A stretch of 64,000 nucleotides of DNA, from the NCBI RefSeq assembly GCF_963921235.1, contig NC_086097.1, positions 51,772,001-51,836,000 of the forward strand, given 5' to 3'. The position numbers and the translations under genes were made by a program. Each line of letters begins with the position of its first letter. The first letter of the stretch is position 1. The stretch is from Mobula hypostoma. Taxonomy: Eukaryota. The notes beneath the pieces are model-generated. The model saw nothing but the letters and a program-made list of their open reading frames with translations. It made no database searches and was not told the origin of the DNA. Positions 27,897 to 38,900 of this stretch are shown here, piece after piece.

Positions 27897-28936
27897 ACTG
27901 TGCCAACAATAGTTGTGTCATCAGCAAACTTATAGATGCATAGCCACACAATCATGGGTGTAGAGATAGTAGAGTCGTGAACTAAGCACGCATCTTTGAG
28001 GTGCACAGGTATTGATTGTCAGTGAGCAGGAGATGTCATTTCCAATCCACACAGACTGGGGACTCCTGGTGAGGAATTTCAAGGATCCTGTTGCAGAGGG
28101 ACGTACAGAATCCAAAGTTTCTGAGCTTGTTTGTAAGAACTGAGGGCAGGATTGTGTTGAACACTGAGCTGTAGTCAATAAAAGCAGCCTGACAAAGGTA
28201 TTGCTATTGCCCAGGAGATCCAAGGCCGAGTGGAGAGCCAGTGAGATTGGATCCGCTGCAATCCTATTGCAGTGAAAGGCAAATTACAGCAGATCCTTCC
28301 TTAGGCAGGAGTAAATTCTTGCCATGACCAACCTCTCAAAGCACTTCATCACAGTAGATGTGACTACCACTGGGAGACAGTCACCCTGCTCTTCTTGGGC
28401 ACTGGTACGATTGGCACCCTTTTGAAGCAGCTGGGAACCTCTGACAGCAGCAGTGAGAGATTGAAGGTTTCCTTCAACACTCCTGTCAGTTGGTTGGCAC
28501 AGGTTTTCAGAGCCCCACCAGGTGCACCATCAGGGCTTGACGCCTTCTGAGAGTATACCCTCTTGAAAGATGTTCTGATGTTGGCTTTCGAGACTGAGAT
28601 GACAGGGTTGCCAGATGCTGCAAGGATTTGCACAGGTGTAGTTTTATTCTCCCTTTTAAAGCGTGCAAAAAAGGCATTGAGCTCAGCCGGCTATGAAGCA
28701 TCACAGCCACTCATGGTAGGTATCGCTTTGTAAAAAGTATTGGCCTGCAACCCTGCCAGAGCTGACGTGCATCTGATTTTTTTCTCTAACCTCAATCAAA
28801 ATAGTTTTTCTGCCATTAAAATAACTTTCAATAAGTCATACCAGGATTTCTTGTATAGTTCTGGATCACTGATCTGGCCCTCGACAGACTCCAAATGTCT
28901 TGGTTCATCCACAGCATTTGGTTTTGGTATGTACGG
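27860..28936 (-). mobile_element. Degenerate Rex1/Babar-type non-LTR retrotransposon, RT region (segment left of the LTR insertion)
   Basis: Minus-strand translation gives YKFADDTTIVG (FADD at 27,917-27,928), APQRCVLS..LY.LYTHDC and CANQLTGV..TFNLSL....VPSCFK..IVPVPKK. These are homologous to the plus-strand RT at 62,405-63,205. Confidence 0.9.
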
Positions 28937-29806
28937 TGTTACGTACCCTGTAACTGGGTTGCCAAACCAGCAGAAATGGATCACTCAGTTGGAGTCTGGA
29001 TTACTAGAACTAAGAAAGTTTTATTAAAGAAACAAGCAACACAGTAATCGAAAGGATAATAAATGCAACAGTTCAGCGATGATAAACACACATGTGCACA
29101 GAATTAAGATAACAGCATCAATCAAGCTCTATCGTTGTCTAGGGGTAAATGACCAAATTTCAAAGTGACTCAAAGTTCAGTCCAGTTTAGTAGTTCAGTT
29201 CGCAGTAATTGTTGCCATGGCGATGGACAACGTGGTGGGGGGGGGGAGAGAGAGAGGGAACAGGAACAACTGATCATTCAGACACGGCTTCAGTCACAGA
29301 CCGGCGATATGGCTCACAAGCAGCTTTTGGGCGGGTCCTTGGTGATGTCACCTGAGGTCACCGACTGTGACCCCTCCTCCAGATGCGGTCGATCCTCTGC
29401 AGTGAACCCGGCACCCAGGCAAGGGCGGACACACACCGGGTTCCCGCTGATCGTACCTTTCCACCCTGGCCGTTGTCTGGTACTTCCCACCGACTCGTGA
29501 GAAGCGTACCGCTTCCAGGGTCTCGTTACCTCGGGTGGCGTGTGTGTCCTGCCTTAGCGAACCGGTCCCTTTTTATCCCCCTGCTGGAGTATCGCCTGTC
29601 CATCACTTCAAACAGTTCAGTGTTCAAAGGGGGGAGCCGCTCCAGACAGCTCTCTCTCCCCCGTCCCTTCATTGCACATCTCCAGACGCTGCTCCATTGT
29701 TCCTTATCTCTCCTTCCCCTGAGGGCAGGTGGCAGACCACTTGCTGATGTCACTGATGCTAACCCAGGCCAGCAAACATCTTAATTTTATGTGTATTCTC
29801 GTCACA
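28937..29806 (-). repeat. 3' LTR (870 bp)
   Basis: TGTTACGTACC...TTCTCGTCACA, near-identical to 31,449-32,314. Adjacent to CTTCCCCCCTTT, the polypurine tract read on the minus strand. Confidence 0.95.
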
Positions 29807-29975
29807 CTTCCCCCCTTTAAGGATTTTTACCGGGAGGTAAAAATTACAAACATGAATACATTATTTGATACATACACAAATATACATCTTTATCAGCTAT
29901 TTGGCTAACACAGCGAGTTTGAAGCTGTCAACACCTTGACAGTCATCACATTTTCTGTTCCTTTTATATGTGTAA

Positions 29976-31445
29976 TTAATAATCCCTTAGACCAGGCTCC
30001 AACTCAGCAAACTTCATAATGGCCAAAAACACTGATGAATTGCGACCAATGTAACCTCTCATTTGGCTTTGTCCCAGACCACAATAACAAGGGTCGTCCC
30101 ATTCCGACTCAGTTTTCTCTCGCAAGGGCTTAGTAGGAGGGGGACGGGTATTGACCGCAGAGTTATTGCAAAACTTCCTGCAGTACCCCACCATCTCCAA
30201 GAGCCTTCTGAGGGCCCTCTTGTCTGTCGGGGTTGGGAGGTCAGCGATAGCCTGCACTGTAGCTTGCATCGCTGCCAGCTGCCCCTGTGTCACCACAATT
30301 CCCGGGTAAGTGACCATCGTGTGGCCGAATTCATTTTTTTCAAGGTTCACTATCAAACTGGCTTCAGACAGCCGTATTAAATTGCCAGTACACACCTCTG
30401 TGTTCATCAGCCCTTTAGTCACTGAATTACTCATTATATATGGGTGTTCTTTACTAGGCTGCCCTATTGTAACAGACATCAACCAACGTCCCAGTTCTTT
30501 GCATCGCCTCAGGACAATCAAACACACGTGTGCGAGTCCCTTAATTCCTTCTTCTAAAGATTCGCTTTGTTCGGGGATTAAGGGAGAGACCTTATCAGTA
30601 GACCTGGCCAAAACAATAGTCTTCTCCCATCTGATCGATCCCATCCTAATCTTTTCAAAATGGTTTTTTCCTCTTATCAGGGGGCCCCTAGCTTCATTGA
30701 TTTCCACGCTAACACCGACTAGGTTTGTTAGCATATCAAAAGCCGGTGACCGTCTCAGTTCGCGTCAGTCATAATCAATAACATTTTTCCCCCTGGGCAG
30801 CCGGTAAATCTCTTTCATGATTCCACCAACTGTTTCCTCCAGCACCGCAAAATGTCCACCGGGGGGTACCTCGTGGGCCATGTTAAAAACCTCATCCCCA
30901 TAACTCTTTTGCACCACCCCCCACTCCTCATCTGCGGATACTGTACTTGATTTCCCTTTCTTCCTTAGCACTTCCTCCTCCGCACAATAGCCTACTAGTT
31001 CCCTTGTTAAAGCTGTGTCAGAGAGAGCTGTCTCTGCCGAAACCATCAGCCCCTCGTCTCGCTCCTGCGTCTGCACTAATTCTTTCCTGGCTACTGCTAC
31101 GTCCGTCCCAGCTCCCTCACTACCTCTTGTCTCACTACACCCCGTCTCATACAAGGTTGGCAGAAACGTTTCAGCTAAATTCACTATCGCGGGCCCGTGA
31201 TGAACCTGTGAGTCCATGGGCGGGGCCTCAATGCTGGCAGGCTGGCCTGTCAATCTCACGACTGGGAACATTATTCCCCCGGCGAGGTCATTACCGAGCA
31301 AGACTTCCACGTCTTTCATCGGTAATTCGGACCTCACCCCGATCGTGACTAGTCCAGAGACCAGGTTGCTTTGTAAGTGTATCTGGTGCAAAGGGACTGA
31401 CTCTGTCCCAAATTTAGCGTTCAAAATCGCGGACGAGAACCCCAC
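29976..31445 (-). pseudogene. Deleted pol remnant: protease C-terminus, integrase zinc-binding region, RT thumb/connection; one reading frame with a single TGA at 30,765-30,767
   Basis: VPLHQIHL...EVLLGNDLAGG (protease end); AHEVPPGGHF...T...I...IY (integrase HHCC-like); RLSEASLIVNLEKNEF..VTYPG.VV.QG...AIADLPTPTDKRALRRLLEMVGYCRKFC (RT C-terminus). The two track ORFs share the same frame. Confidence 0.8.
31419..31444 (-). promoter_or_regulatory. Primer-binding site, tRNA-Pro-like
   Basis: Minus strand reads TGGGGTTCTCGTCCGCGATTTTGAAC just inside the 5' LTR. This resembles TGGGGGCTCGTCCGGGATTTGAAC, the complement of the tRNA-Pro 3' end. Confidence 0.75.
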
Positions 31446-31448
31446 TTA

Positions 31449-32314
31449 TGTTACGTACCCCGTAACTGGGTTGCCAAACCAGCAGAAATGGATCACTCAG
31501 TTGGAGTCTGGATTACTAGAACTAAGAAAGTTTTATTAAAGAAACAAGCAACACAGTAATCAAAAGGATAATAAATGCAACAGTTCAGCGATGATAAACA
31601 CACATGTGCACAGAATTAAGATAACAGCATCAATCAAGCTCTATCGTTGTCTAGGAGTAAATGACCAAATTTCAAAGTGACTCAAAGTTCAGTCCAGTTT
31701 AGTAGTTCAGTTCGCAGTAATCGTTGCCATGGCGATGGACAACGTGAGGTTGGGAGAGAGAGAGGGAACAGGAACAACTGATCATTCAGACACGGCTTCA
31801 CTCACAGACCCACGATATGGCTCACAAGCAGCTTTTGGGCGGGTCCTTGGTGATGTCACCTGAGGTCACCGACTGTGACCCCTCCTCCAGATGCGGTCGA
31901 TCCTCTGCAGTGAACCCAGCACCCAGGCAAGGGCGGACACACACCGGGTTCCCGCTGATCGTACCTTTCCACCCTGGCCGTTGTCTGGTACTTCCCACCG
32001 ACTCGTGAGAAGTGTACCGCTTCCAGGGTCTCGTTACCTCGGGTGGCGTGTGTGTCCTGCCTTAGCGAACCGGTCCCTTTTTATCCCCCTGCTGGGGTAT
32101 CGCCTGTCCATCACTTCAAACAGTTCAAGGTTCAAAGGGGGGAGCCGCTCCAGACAGCTCTCTCTCCCCCGTTCCTTCATTACACATCTCCAGACGCTGC
32201 TCCATTGTTCCTTATCTCTCCTTCCCCTGAGGACAGGTGGCAGACCACTTGCTGATGTCACTGATGCTAACCCAGGCCAGCAAACATCTTAATTTTATGT
32301 GTATTCTCGTCACA
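31449..32314 (-). repeat. 5' LTR (866 bp)
   Basis: Direct repeat of 28,937-29,806 with TG...CA termini. Confidence 0.95.
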
Positions 32315-32530
32315 ACGGTATGTTCTCGAAGGCACACACTCATTCACACAGGCCTTGATGAAGTCAGTGCCAACTGTGGCATATTCATTAACTCAAAGAT
32401 GAATCCCTGAATATTGTCCAGTCCACCAACTCAAGGTAGTCCTGTAAGTGCCTCTCTGCCTCCCCTGACCATATCTTCTTGGTCCTCTCAAATGTTGCTG
32501 TGGTCCATAGTCTCTGACTATATGCAGCAG
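32315..32530 (-). mobile_element. Continuation of the Rex1/Babar LINE beyond the LTR insertion
   Basis: Joining across the ACGG TSD restores ...ECVPSRTYRTYQNQ..WMN..., a typical Rex1-type linker region. Confidence 0.75.
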
Positions 32531-32534
32531 TAGA

Positions 32535-32795
32535 GCGCTTCCACCTATCACCTCCCAGATCTTATATCATCACTCCTCCCCTACCAGCCTTCTCCCTTGC
32601 CTAGTCTCGTCTATCATCTGTCAGCTTGTACTACTCTTATCTTCTTATTCTGGCTTCTTCCCCTTTCCTTTCCAGTCCTGATAAGGGGTCTGGGCCCAAA
32701 ATATCCACTGTTTATTCCTGTCCATCACCTGCCCTGACTGAGTTCCTCCAAAGTTTGCGTACGTTGCTCTCAGATTTCAGCATCTTCGGTCTCTC
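32535..32795 (+). mobile_element. Degenerate Penelope-like 3' end/pseudo-LTR fragment
   Basis: Similar to the reverse complement of 32,860-33,150. Contains a decayed hammerhead-like motif CAGTCCTGATAAGGGGTCTGGGCCCAAAA at ~32,672. Confidence 0.7.
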
Positions 32796-32859
32796 TCGAG
32801 TCTGACTAATCCCCAATGCTCTGATCAGTCTGATTACTCCCTGCCCCACTCAACAGTCT

Positions 32860-34790
32860 CACAAACAAGAGAAAATCTGCAGATGCTGGAAATCCAAGAA
32901 GCACACACAAAATGCCGGAGGAACTCCACAGGCCAGACAGCATCTGTGGAAAAGAGTCAACAGTTGATGTTTTGGGTCAAGACCCTTCATCAGGACAGGA
33001 AAAAAAAAGATGAGCAAGAAGGTAAAGGGAGGGGAGGAAGAAGTACAAGGTGGTATGTGATAGGTGAAACCGGTAGAGGGAGAAGGGTGAAGTAAAGAGT
33101 TGGGAAGCTGATTGGTGAATGAGATTAAGAGCTGGAGAAGGAGGAATCTGATAGGAGAGGGTAGATGACCATGGAAGAGAGGGAAGTGGGAGGAGCACCT
33201 GAGGGAGGTGAGGGGATGTGAGAGAGGGAAACGGGAATGGGAATGGTGAAGGGGGAGGGGGCAATTACTGCATGCCATTAGGGTGGAGGCTACCCAGCTG
33301 GAATATAAGGTGTTGCTGCTCCAACCTGAGTGTGGCCTCATTGCAGCAGTAGAGGAGCCATGGACTGACATGTCGGAATGGGAATGCGAAGTAGAACTGA
33401 ACTGCGTGGCCACCAGGAGTTCCCACTTTTTCTGGCGGATGGAGTGTAGGTGCTCAGCGAAGCGGTTTCCCAATCTACTTTGTGTCTCACTGATATACAG
33501 GAGGCCACACTGGGAGCGCTGGATACAGCAGATGTCTCCAACAGACTCACAGGTGAAGTGTCGCCTCACCTGGAAGGACTGTTTGGGGCCCTGACTGGTA
33601 GTGAGGGAGGAGGTGTAGGGGCAGGTGTGACACCTGTCCTGCTTGCAAGGATAAGTACGAGGAGGGAGATCAGTGGGGAGGGATGAATAGATAAGAAAAT
33701 CGCGTGGGGAGTGATCCCTGTGGAAAGCAGAAAGTTGGGGGGTGGGGGGAGGGAACGATGTGCTTGGTGGTGGAATCCATTTGGAGATGGTGGAAGTTAC
33801 AGAGAATTATGTGCTGGAAGCAGAGGCTACTGGGATGGTAGGTGAGGACTAGAGGAACCCTGTCCCTGGTGGGGTGGAGAGAGGATGAAGTGAGGACAGA
33901 TGTGCATGAAAGGGAAAGAGATACGGGTGAGGGCAGTATTGATGGTGGAAGGAAAGCCCCTTTCTTTGAAGAGGAGGATCTCATTAGTTTTGGAATGAAA
34001 AGCCTCATCCTGAGAGCAGATGTTGCAAAGACAGAGGAAGGGGATGGCATTTTTACAAGTCACAGGGTAGGAAGAAGTATAGTCCAGTTAGCTGTGAGAA
34101 CCAGTAAAAAATATCAGAATATACACTTTCTCCAGGCATAGAGACAAAGGGATTGAGAAAGAGGAGCGAGATGTCGGAAGTGGACCAGGTAAATTTGAGG
34201 GCAGGGTGGAAGTTAGAGGTAAAGTTGATGATGCTGTCGAGCTCAGCATGGGCTCAGGAAACAGCGCCAATGCAGTCATCGATATAGCGGAGGAATATTG
34301 GGGAGTAATACCGGTGTAGGCTTGGAACATAGCCTGTTCCATGTGGCCAACAAAAAGGCAGGCATAGCTGGGACCCATGCGAGTACTCCTTTGGTTTGGA
34401 GGAAGTGGGAGGAGCCAAAAGAGAAATTATTGAGACTGGGGACCAGTTCTGCCAGACAGAGGAGAGTGATGGTAGAGGGGAACAGGTTGGGTCTGTTATC
34501 TAGAAGGAAGCGGAGAACTTCTGATGGGGGATGGAGGTGTATAGGGACTGGACATCCATGATGAAAATGGGACATCGGGGCCAGGGAACTTGAAGTAATT
34601 GAAAAGCTCTATAGTGTTTGAAGTGTCACGGATGTAGGTAGAAAGGAACCTTACCAGGGTGTTAAAATAGCTGAGATATGCAGATATAAGTTCGGTGGGG
34701 CAAAAACAAAGAGTCTACCTGGACAGGCAGTTTTGTGGATCTTGTAGAAACAGGAGGGAACTATGAGGTTGCTGGCAGTGGATGGGAGAT
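32860..34790 (-). mobile_element. Penelope-like retroelement (RT plus GIY-YIG endonuclease), degenerate
   Basis: Minus-strand peptides [16 protein letters not shown] and MGPSYACLFVG (PLE RT) and HFTCES...CSQCGLLYI.ET..RLGNRFAEHL (GIY-YIG), followed by the pseudo-LTR. Confidence 0.88.
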
Positions 34791-34834
34791 TGTTTACTCT
34801 TTTCCATCGATGCTGGCTGCCTGCCTGCCGAGTT

Positions 34835-35435
34835 ATAACCATATAACAATTACAGCACGGAAACACGACATCTCGGCCCTTCTAGTCCATGCCGAATGCT
34901 TACTCTCACCTAGTCCCACCGACCTGCACTCAGCCCATAACCCTCCATTCCTTTCCTGTCCCTATACCTATCCAATTTTACTTTAAATGACAACATTGAA
35001 CCTGCCTCAACCACTTCAGCTGGAAGATTCAAGATTCAAAAAACTTTATTGTCATTCTAACCGTAAATCAGCTCTGCAGGGCAGAATGAGATAGCGTTTC
35101 TCAGGGGCAGTGCAATCATAACATAACAAACGCAACACTAAATAATAAACATAACAAAAAATAGTAAAACACAAAAATAGTAGCCGTGGAAGCTCATTCC
35201 ACACAGCTACCACTCTCTGAGTAAAGCAGCTCCCCCTCATGTTACCCTTAAACTTTTGCCCTTTAACTCTCAACACATGTCCTCTTGTTTGAATCTCCCC
35301 CGCTCTCAATGGAAAAAGCCTATCCATGTCAACTCTATCTATGCCCCTCATAATTTTAAATACCTCTGTCGTCCCCCCTCAACGTTCTACGCTCCAAAGA
35401 ATAAAGACCCAACTTAATCAACCTTTCTCTGTAAC
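34835..35435 (-). mobile_element. CR1-type LINE 3' end, interrupted at ~35,027-35,185 by a short LINE 3' tail fragment
   Basis: Minus [11 protein letters not shown]...TRGH.LRV.G..F....R...FTQRVV.VWNELP (CR1 ORF2 C-terminus). The insert is flanked by TGGAAG on both sides. Confidence 0.8.
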
Positions 35436-35508
35436 TTAGGTGATGAAACTCAGTTCTTCCAGCATTTTGCGTATGTTCCCTCGATAGTCTATCCAGCCCT
35501 GTTCAGTC

Positions 35509-35668
35509 CGTCCAATCCCCACTGCCCTGATTTCCTCCCTGTCCAATCCCCACTGACTGATTTCCTTTCTGTCCAATCCCCACTGACTGATTTCCACTCT
35601 GTCCAATCCCCACTGCCTTATTTCCTTTGTCCAATCCCCACTGCTCTGACTTCCCTCTGTCCAATCAC
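35509..35668 (+). promoter_or_regulatory. TMX1 proximal promoter: ~30-bp minisatellite with six CCAAT boxes
   Basis: GTCCAATC repeats with CCAAT at 35,512, 35,543, 35,573, 35,603, 35,631 and 35,661, about 95-245 bp upstream of the ATG. Confidence 0.75.
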
Positions 35669-35755
35669 TGACGAGCTTCTCCCTCCCCTGCCGTATTTGT
35701 ATTGAGGTAGTTCGCGATTGCGTCATTGACATGCGCAGCACACGTTTTGAGGAAA

Positions 35756-35916
35756 ATGGCGGTGGTTGCAGTTGGGCCCTTTGGGCGGCCGGCACTCGCG
35801 TTTGCGCTGTTGATCTTATGGTTGGTGCCACTTCTACAGGCCGAGAGGAATTTGGTCAAGGTCATTACTGACCACAACTGGAAGGAGATTCTCGAGGGCG
35901 AATGGATGGTGGAGTT
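35756..35916 (+). CDS. TMX1: TMX1 exon 1 (signal peptide to WMVEF)
   Basis: AAAATGGCG start context; MAVVAV...[18 protein letters not shown] donor, phase 2. Confidence 0.92.
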
Positions 35917-38900
35917 GTAGGTATCAAGATACTGTTACCCGCGCTGAATGGCCGTGGCGATTCAGGGCAGGCACACGGCCCTGGCCCTGGCCCCGCCTGT
36001 AATTTATCACAGGATGTGGGGAAGCAAGACTGTCGAATCCCGGGAGATATAAACACGTGAATGTTGTATGTCAGGATCGGGGCTAGAACTAGTGACTGGC
36101 GGCGCAGAGTCAGTGCAGTTAGAAGGGCAGGTCCGAGGCAGGCGTCTCCTAGAACTGGGAGACTCTTATCACTGCAGCGTTTAGACCTACTTTTGGTAAA
36201 TTGTAATATTTGAATTGTTCAGTAACATTTCTGAAATAAAACTCGTAAAATACATACAACAAAAGAATGAGCTAATGATAGCCGTGTGTGTTAATCGGTG
36301 CCTTGTTTAATCTCTAGTTATGCCCCCTGGTGTCCTGCCTGTCAACAACTTCAGTCAGAGTGGAATGAGTTTGCAGCGTGGAGTGATGATCTGGGTGTGA
36401 ACGTTGCCAAAGTGGATGTAACTGAGCAGCCAGGTATTTTCTTTGATTACTTGCAGTTTTTTTTTGCTGATGAGGGAAATAAAGTATCTTTATAGTAAAG
36501 ATTAAATCGTTTGGGAAAGCTGTTTTTCTATTCTTGAGAGCAGAAAAAAAAGCTTATAAAGAATGGTATTTGGGAGATGTAGCTGTTGAAGTGTTAGACT
36601 GCATTTTATTTGGGGAGTGTAAATGTTTGTTTCTATATGTTGCAAGGTTTGGTATATTAGTGTACCTGCTGTGAGTTACTATTCATTGAGTCATAGAAAA
36701 TACAGTACAGAAACATGTAGTCCATGTTGAACCACTTAAACTATTTACTCCCATCGACCTGTACCAGGACTATAGCCCTCCATACTCCTACCATCCATGT
36801 ATCTATCCAAACTTAAAATGTTGCAATTGAGCCATTTATCTGGCTGGTCCAGATCGCGCTGCAAGCCATGATTGTCTTCCTCGGTGTCACCTCCAATCTT
36901 GGTGTCATCTGCTAATTTACTGATCGAGTTAGCTGCATTATCACCCTGATCATTGATATGGATGACAAATAACAATGGACCATCTAACACCACTCTGGCT
37001 TTCCCACAAAGCTGATGTCTAATCCAATTTACTACCTCATTTTGAATGCCAAGCAAAAGAACCTTCTTGACCAATCTCCCGTGTAGGACCTTGTCGAATG
37101 CCTTGCTAAAGTCCATGTAGACAACATCAACTGCCTTGCCTTCATTAACTTTCTTGGTGCCTTCCTTGGGAAAATTCCATAAGATTGGTTAAACACGACC
37201 TAGCACATGCAAGGCCATGCTGACTATCCATGTTTTATCTAAATACTCATATCTGGTCCCTTAGAATACCTTCCAACAATCTTCCCATTACTGAGATCAG
37301 GCTCACTGGCCTATAATTTCCTGCCCCATTGAGCTTGCATGTGCAATCCACAAACCTGCCTGTCCACGTAGACCCATTATAACTGCTTGTTCCTGTTCCT
37401 GCCCCACTGAACTTGTATCTGCATACCTCAACTCAGTTCTATCCCCCTGGTCCAGTCCCTTCCTACCTACATCAGTTACACTTCACATGTTCTTGATCTT
37501 TTCAATGTTTTTAAGTTCCCTGGCCCCGATCATCTTATTTCCTATATACTTCCATCCCCCACCAGGAAGGCCTCAAAGCTCTCCATTTCTTTCTGGACTC
37601 CAGATCCAACCAGTTCCCCTCCACCTCCACCCACCTCTGTCTGGAGGAACTTGTCCTCACTCTTAATAACTTCACATTTGGCTCCTCTCACTTCCTTCAA
37701 ACAAAAGGTGTAGCCATGGGCATTCGCATGGGTCATAGCTGTGCCTGCCAGTTTGTTGGCTTTGTGGAACAGTCTGTGTTCCGAGTGTACAGTGGTATTG
37801 CTCCCTAACTTTTCCTACGCTGCATCGATGACTGCTTTGGGGCTGCTTCCTGCAGCATGCGGAGCTTGTTGACTTCATCAATTTTGCTTCCAACTTCAAC
37901 TCTGCCCTCAAATTTACCTGGTCCATTTCTGCCACCTCCCTCTCCTTTCTTGATCTCTCTGTCTCTCTCTGGAGAAGTGTATCTACTGATGTCTATTATA
38001 AACCCACTGATTCCCACAGCTACCTGGACTATACCTCTTCCCACCCTGTTACTTGTAAAAACACTGTCCCCTTCTCTCAATTCCTCTGTCTCTGCTGCAT
38101 CTGTTTCATTTGAGAACAAAGGAGATGTTCTCCTTCAAAGAAAGGGGCTTCCCTTCTTCCACCATCAAACCTGCCCTCAATCGCATCTCTTCCATTTTGT
38201 GCATGTCTGCCCTCATCCACAAGGGATAGAGTTTCTCTTGTCCTCATCTATCACCCCACCAGTCTCCGCGTCCAACACATAATTCTCCAGAACTTCCACC
38301 ATCTCCAGTGGGGTCCCACCACCAAGCACGTCTATCCCTCCCCACTCCCCCTCCCCACTTTCTGCTTTCCGCAGGGATTGCTCCATATGTGACGCCCTTG
38401 TCCTTTCGTCCCTCTCCACTGATTTTCCTCCTGGAACTAATCCTGGCAAGCAGAACAAGTGCTACACCTGCCCCTGTACCTCCTTCCTCACTACCATTCA
38501 GGACCCCAAACAATCTTTCCAGGTGAGGCGACACTTCACCTGTGAGTCTGTAGGGGTCATCTACTGCAGCGGTCTCCAACCACCGGGCTGCAAAGCATGT
38601 GCTACCGGGCCGCGAAGAAACGATATGAGTCAGCTGCACCTTTCCTCATTCCCTGTCACGCACTGTTGAACTTGAACATAGAGTTGCCAGCTGTCCCGTA
38701 TTTGCTGGGACATCCCGTATATTGGGCTAAATTGGTTTTTCTGGTATTTCCCCCACTAAGGTAGAGCATTCCTATGAAACCTTTTGTGCCAAAATGGCGT
38801 AAAGCGAAGAAGCAATTACCATAATTTACATGGGAAAAATTTTTGAGCGTTCCCAGACCCAAAAAGTAATCTACCACATCATACCAAATAACACATAAAA

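Larger units (their letters stand above)
28937..32314 (-). mobile_element. Internally deleted (non-autonomous) Gypsy-superfamily LTR retrotransposon with Gmr1-like domain order
   Basis: Two ~870-bp TG...CA direct repeats. 4-bp TSD ACGG at 28,933-28,936 and 32,315-32,318. Polypurine tract on the minus strand at 29,807-29,818 and PBS at ~31,419-31,444. Internal frame holds protease, integrase zinc-binding and RT-thumb remnants. Confidence 0.93.

Noticed and set aside
29165..32292. Duplicated 63-133 aa ORFs within the LTRs
   Set aside because: They are duplicated only because the LTRs are; no recognisable domains.
35726..35755. Upstream start for TMX1 given by the ORF track (MTCAAHVLRK)
   Set aside because: It begins at a TTG. 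The ATG at 35,756 has a strong context (AAAATGG) and starts a signal peptide.
35436..35831. 131-aa antisense ORF across the TMX1 promoter (bidirectional gene)
   Set aside because: The repetitive ISQWGLDR peptide is simply the translation of the 30-bp CCAAT minisatellite; there is no other support.
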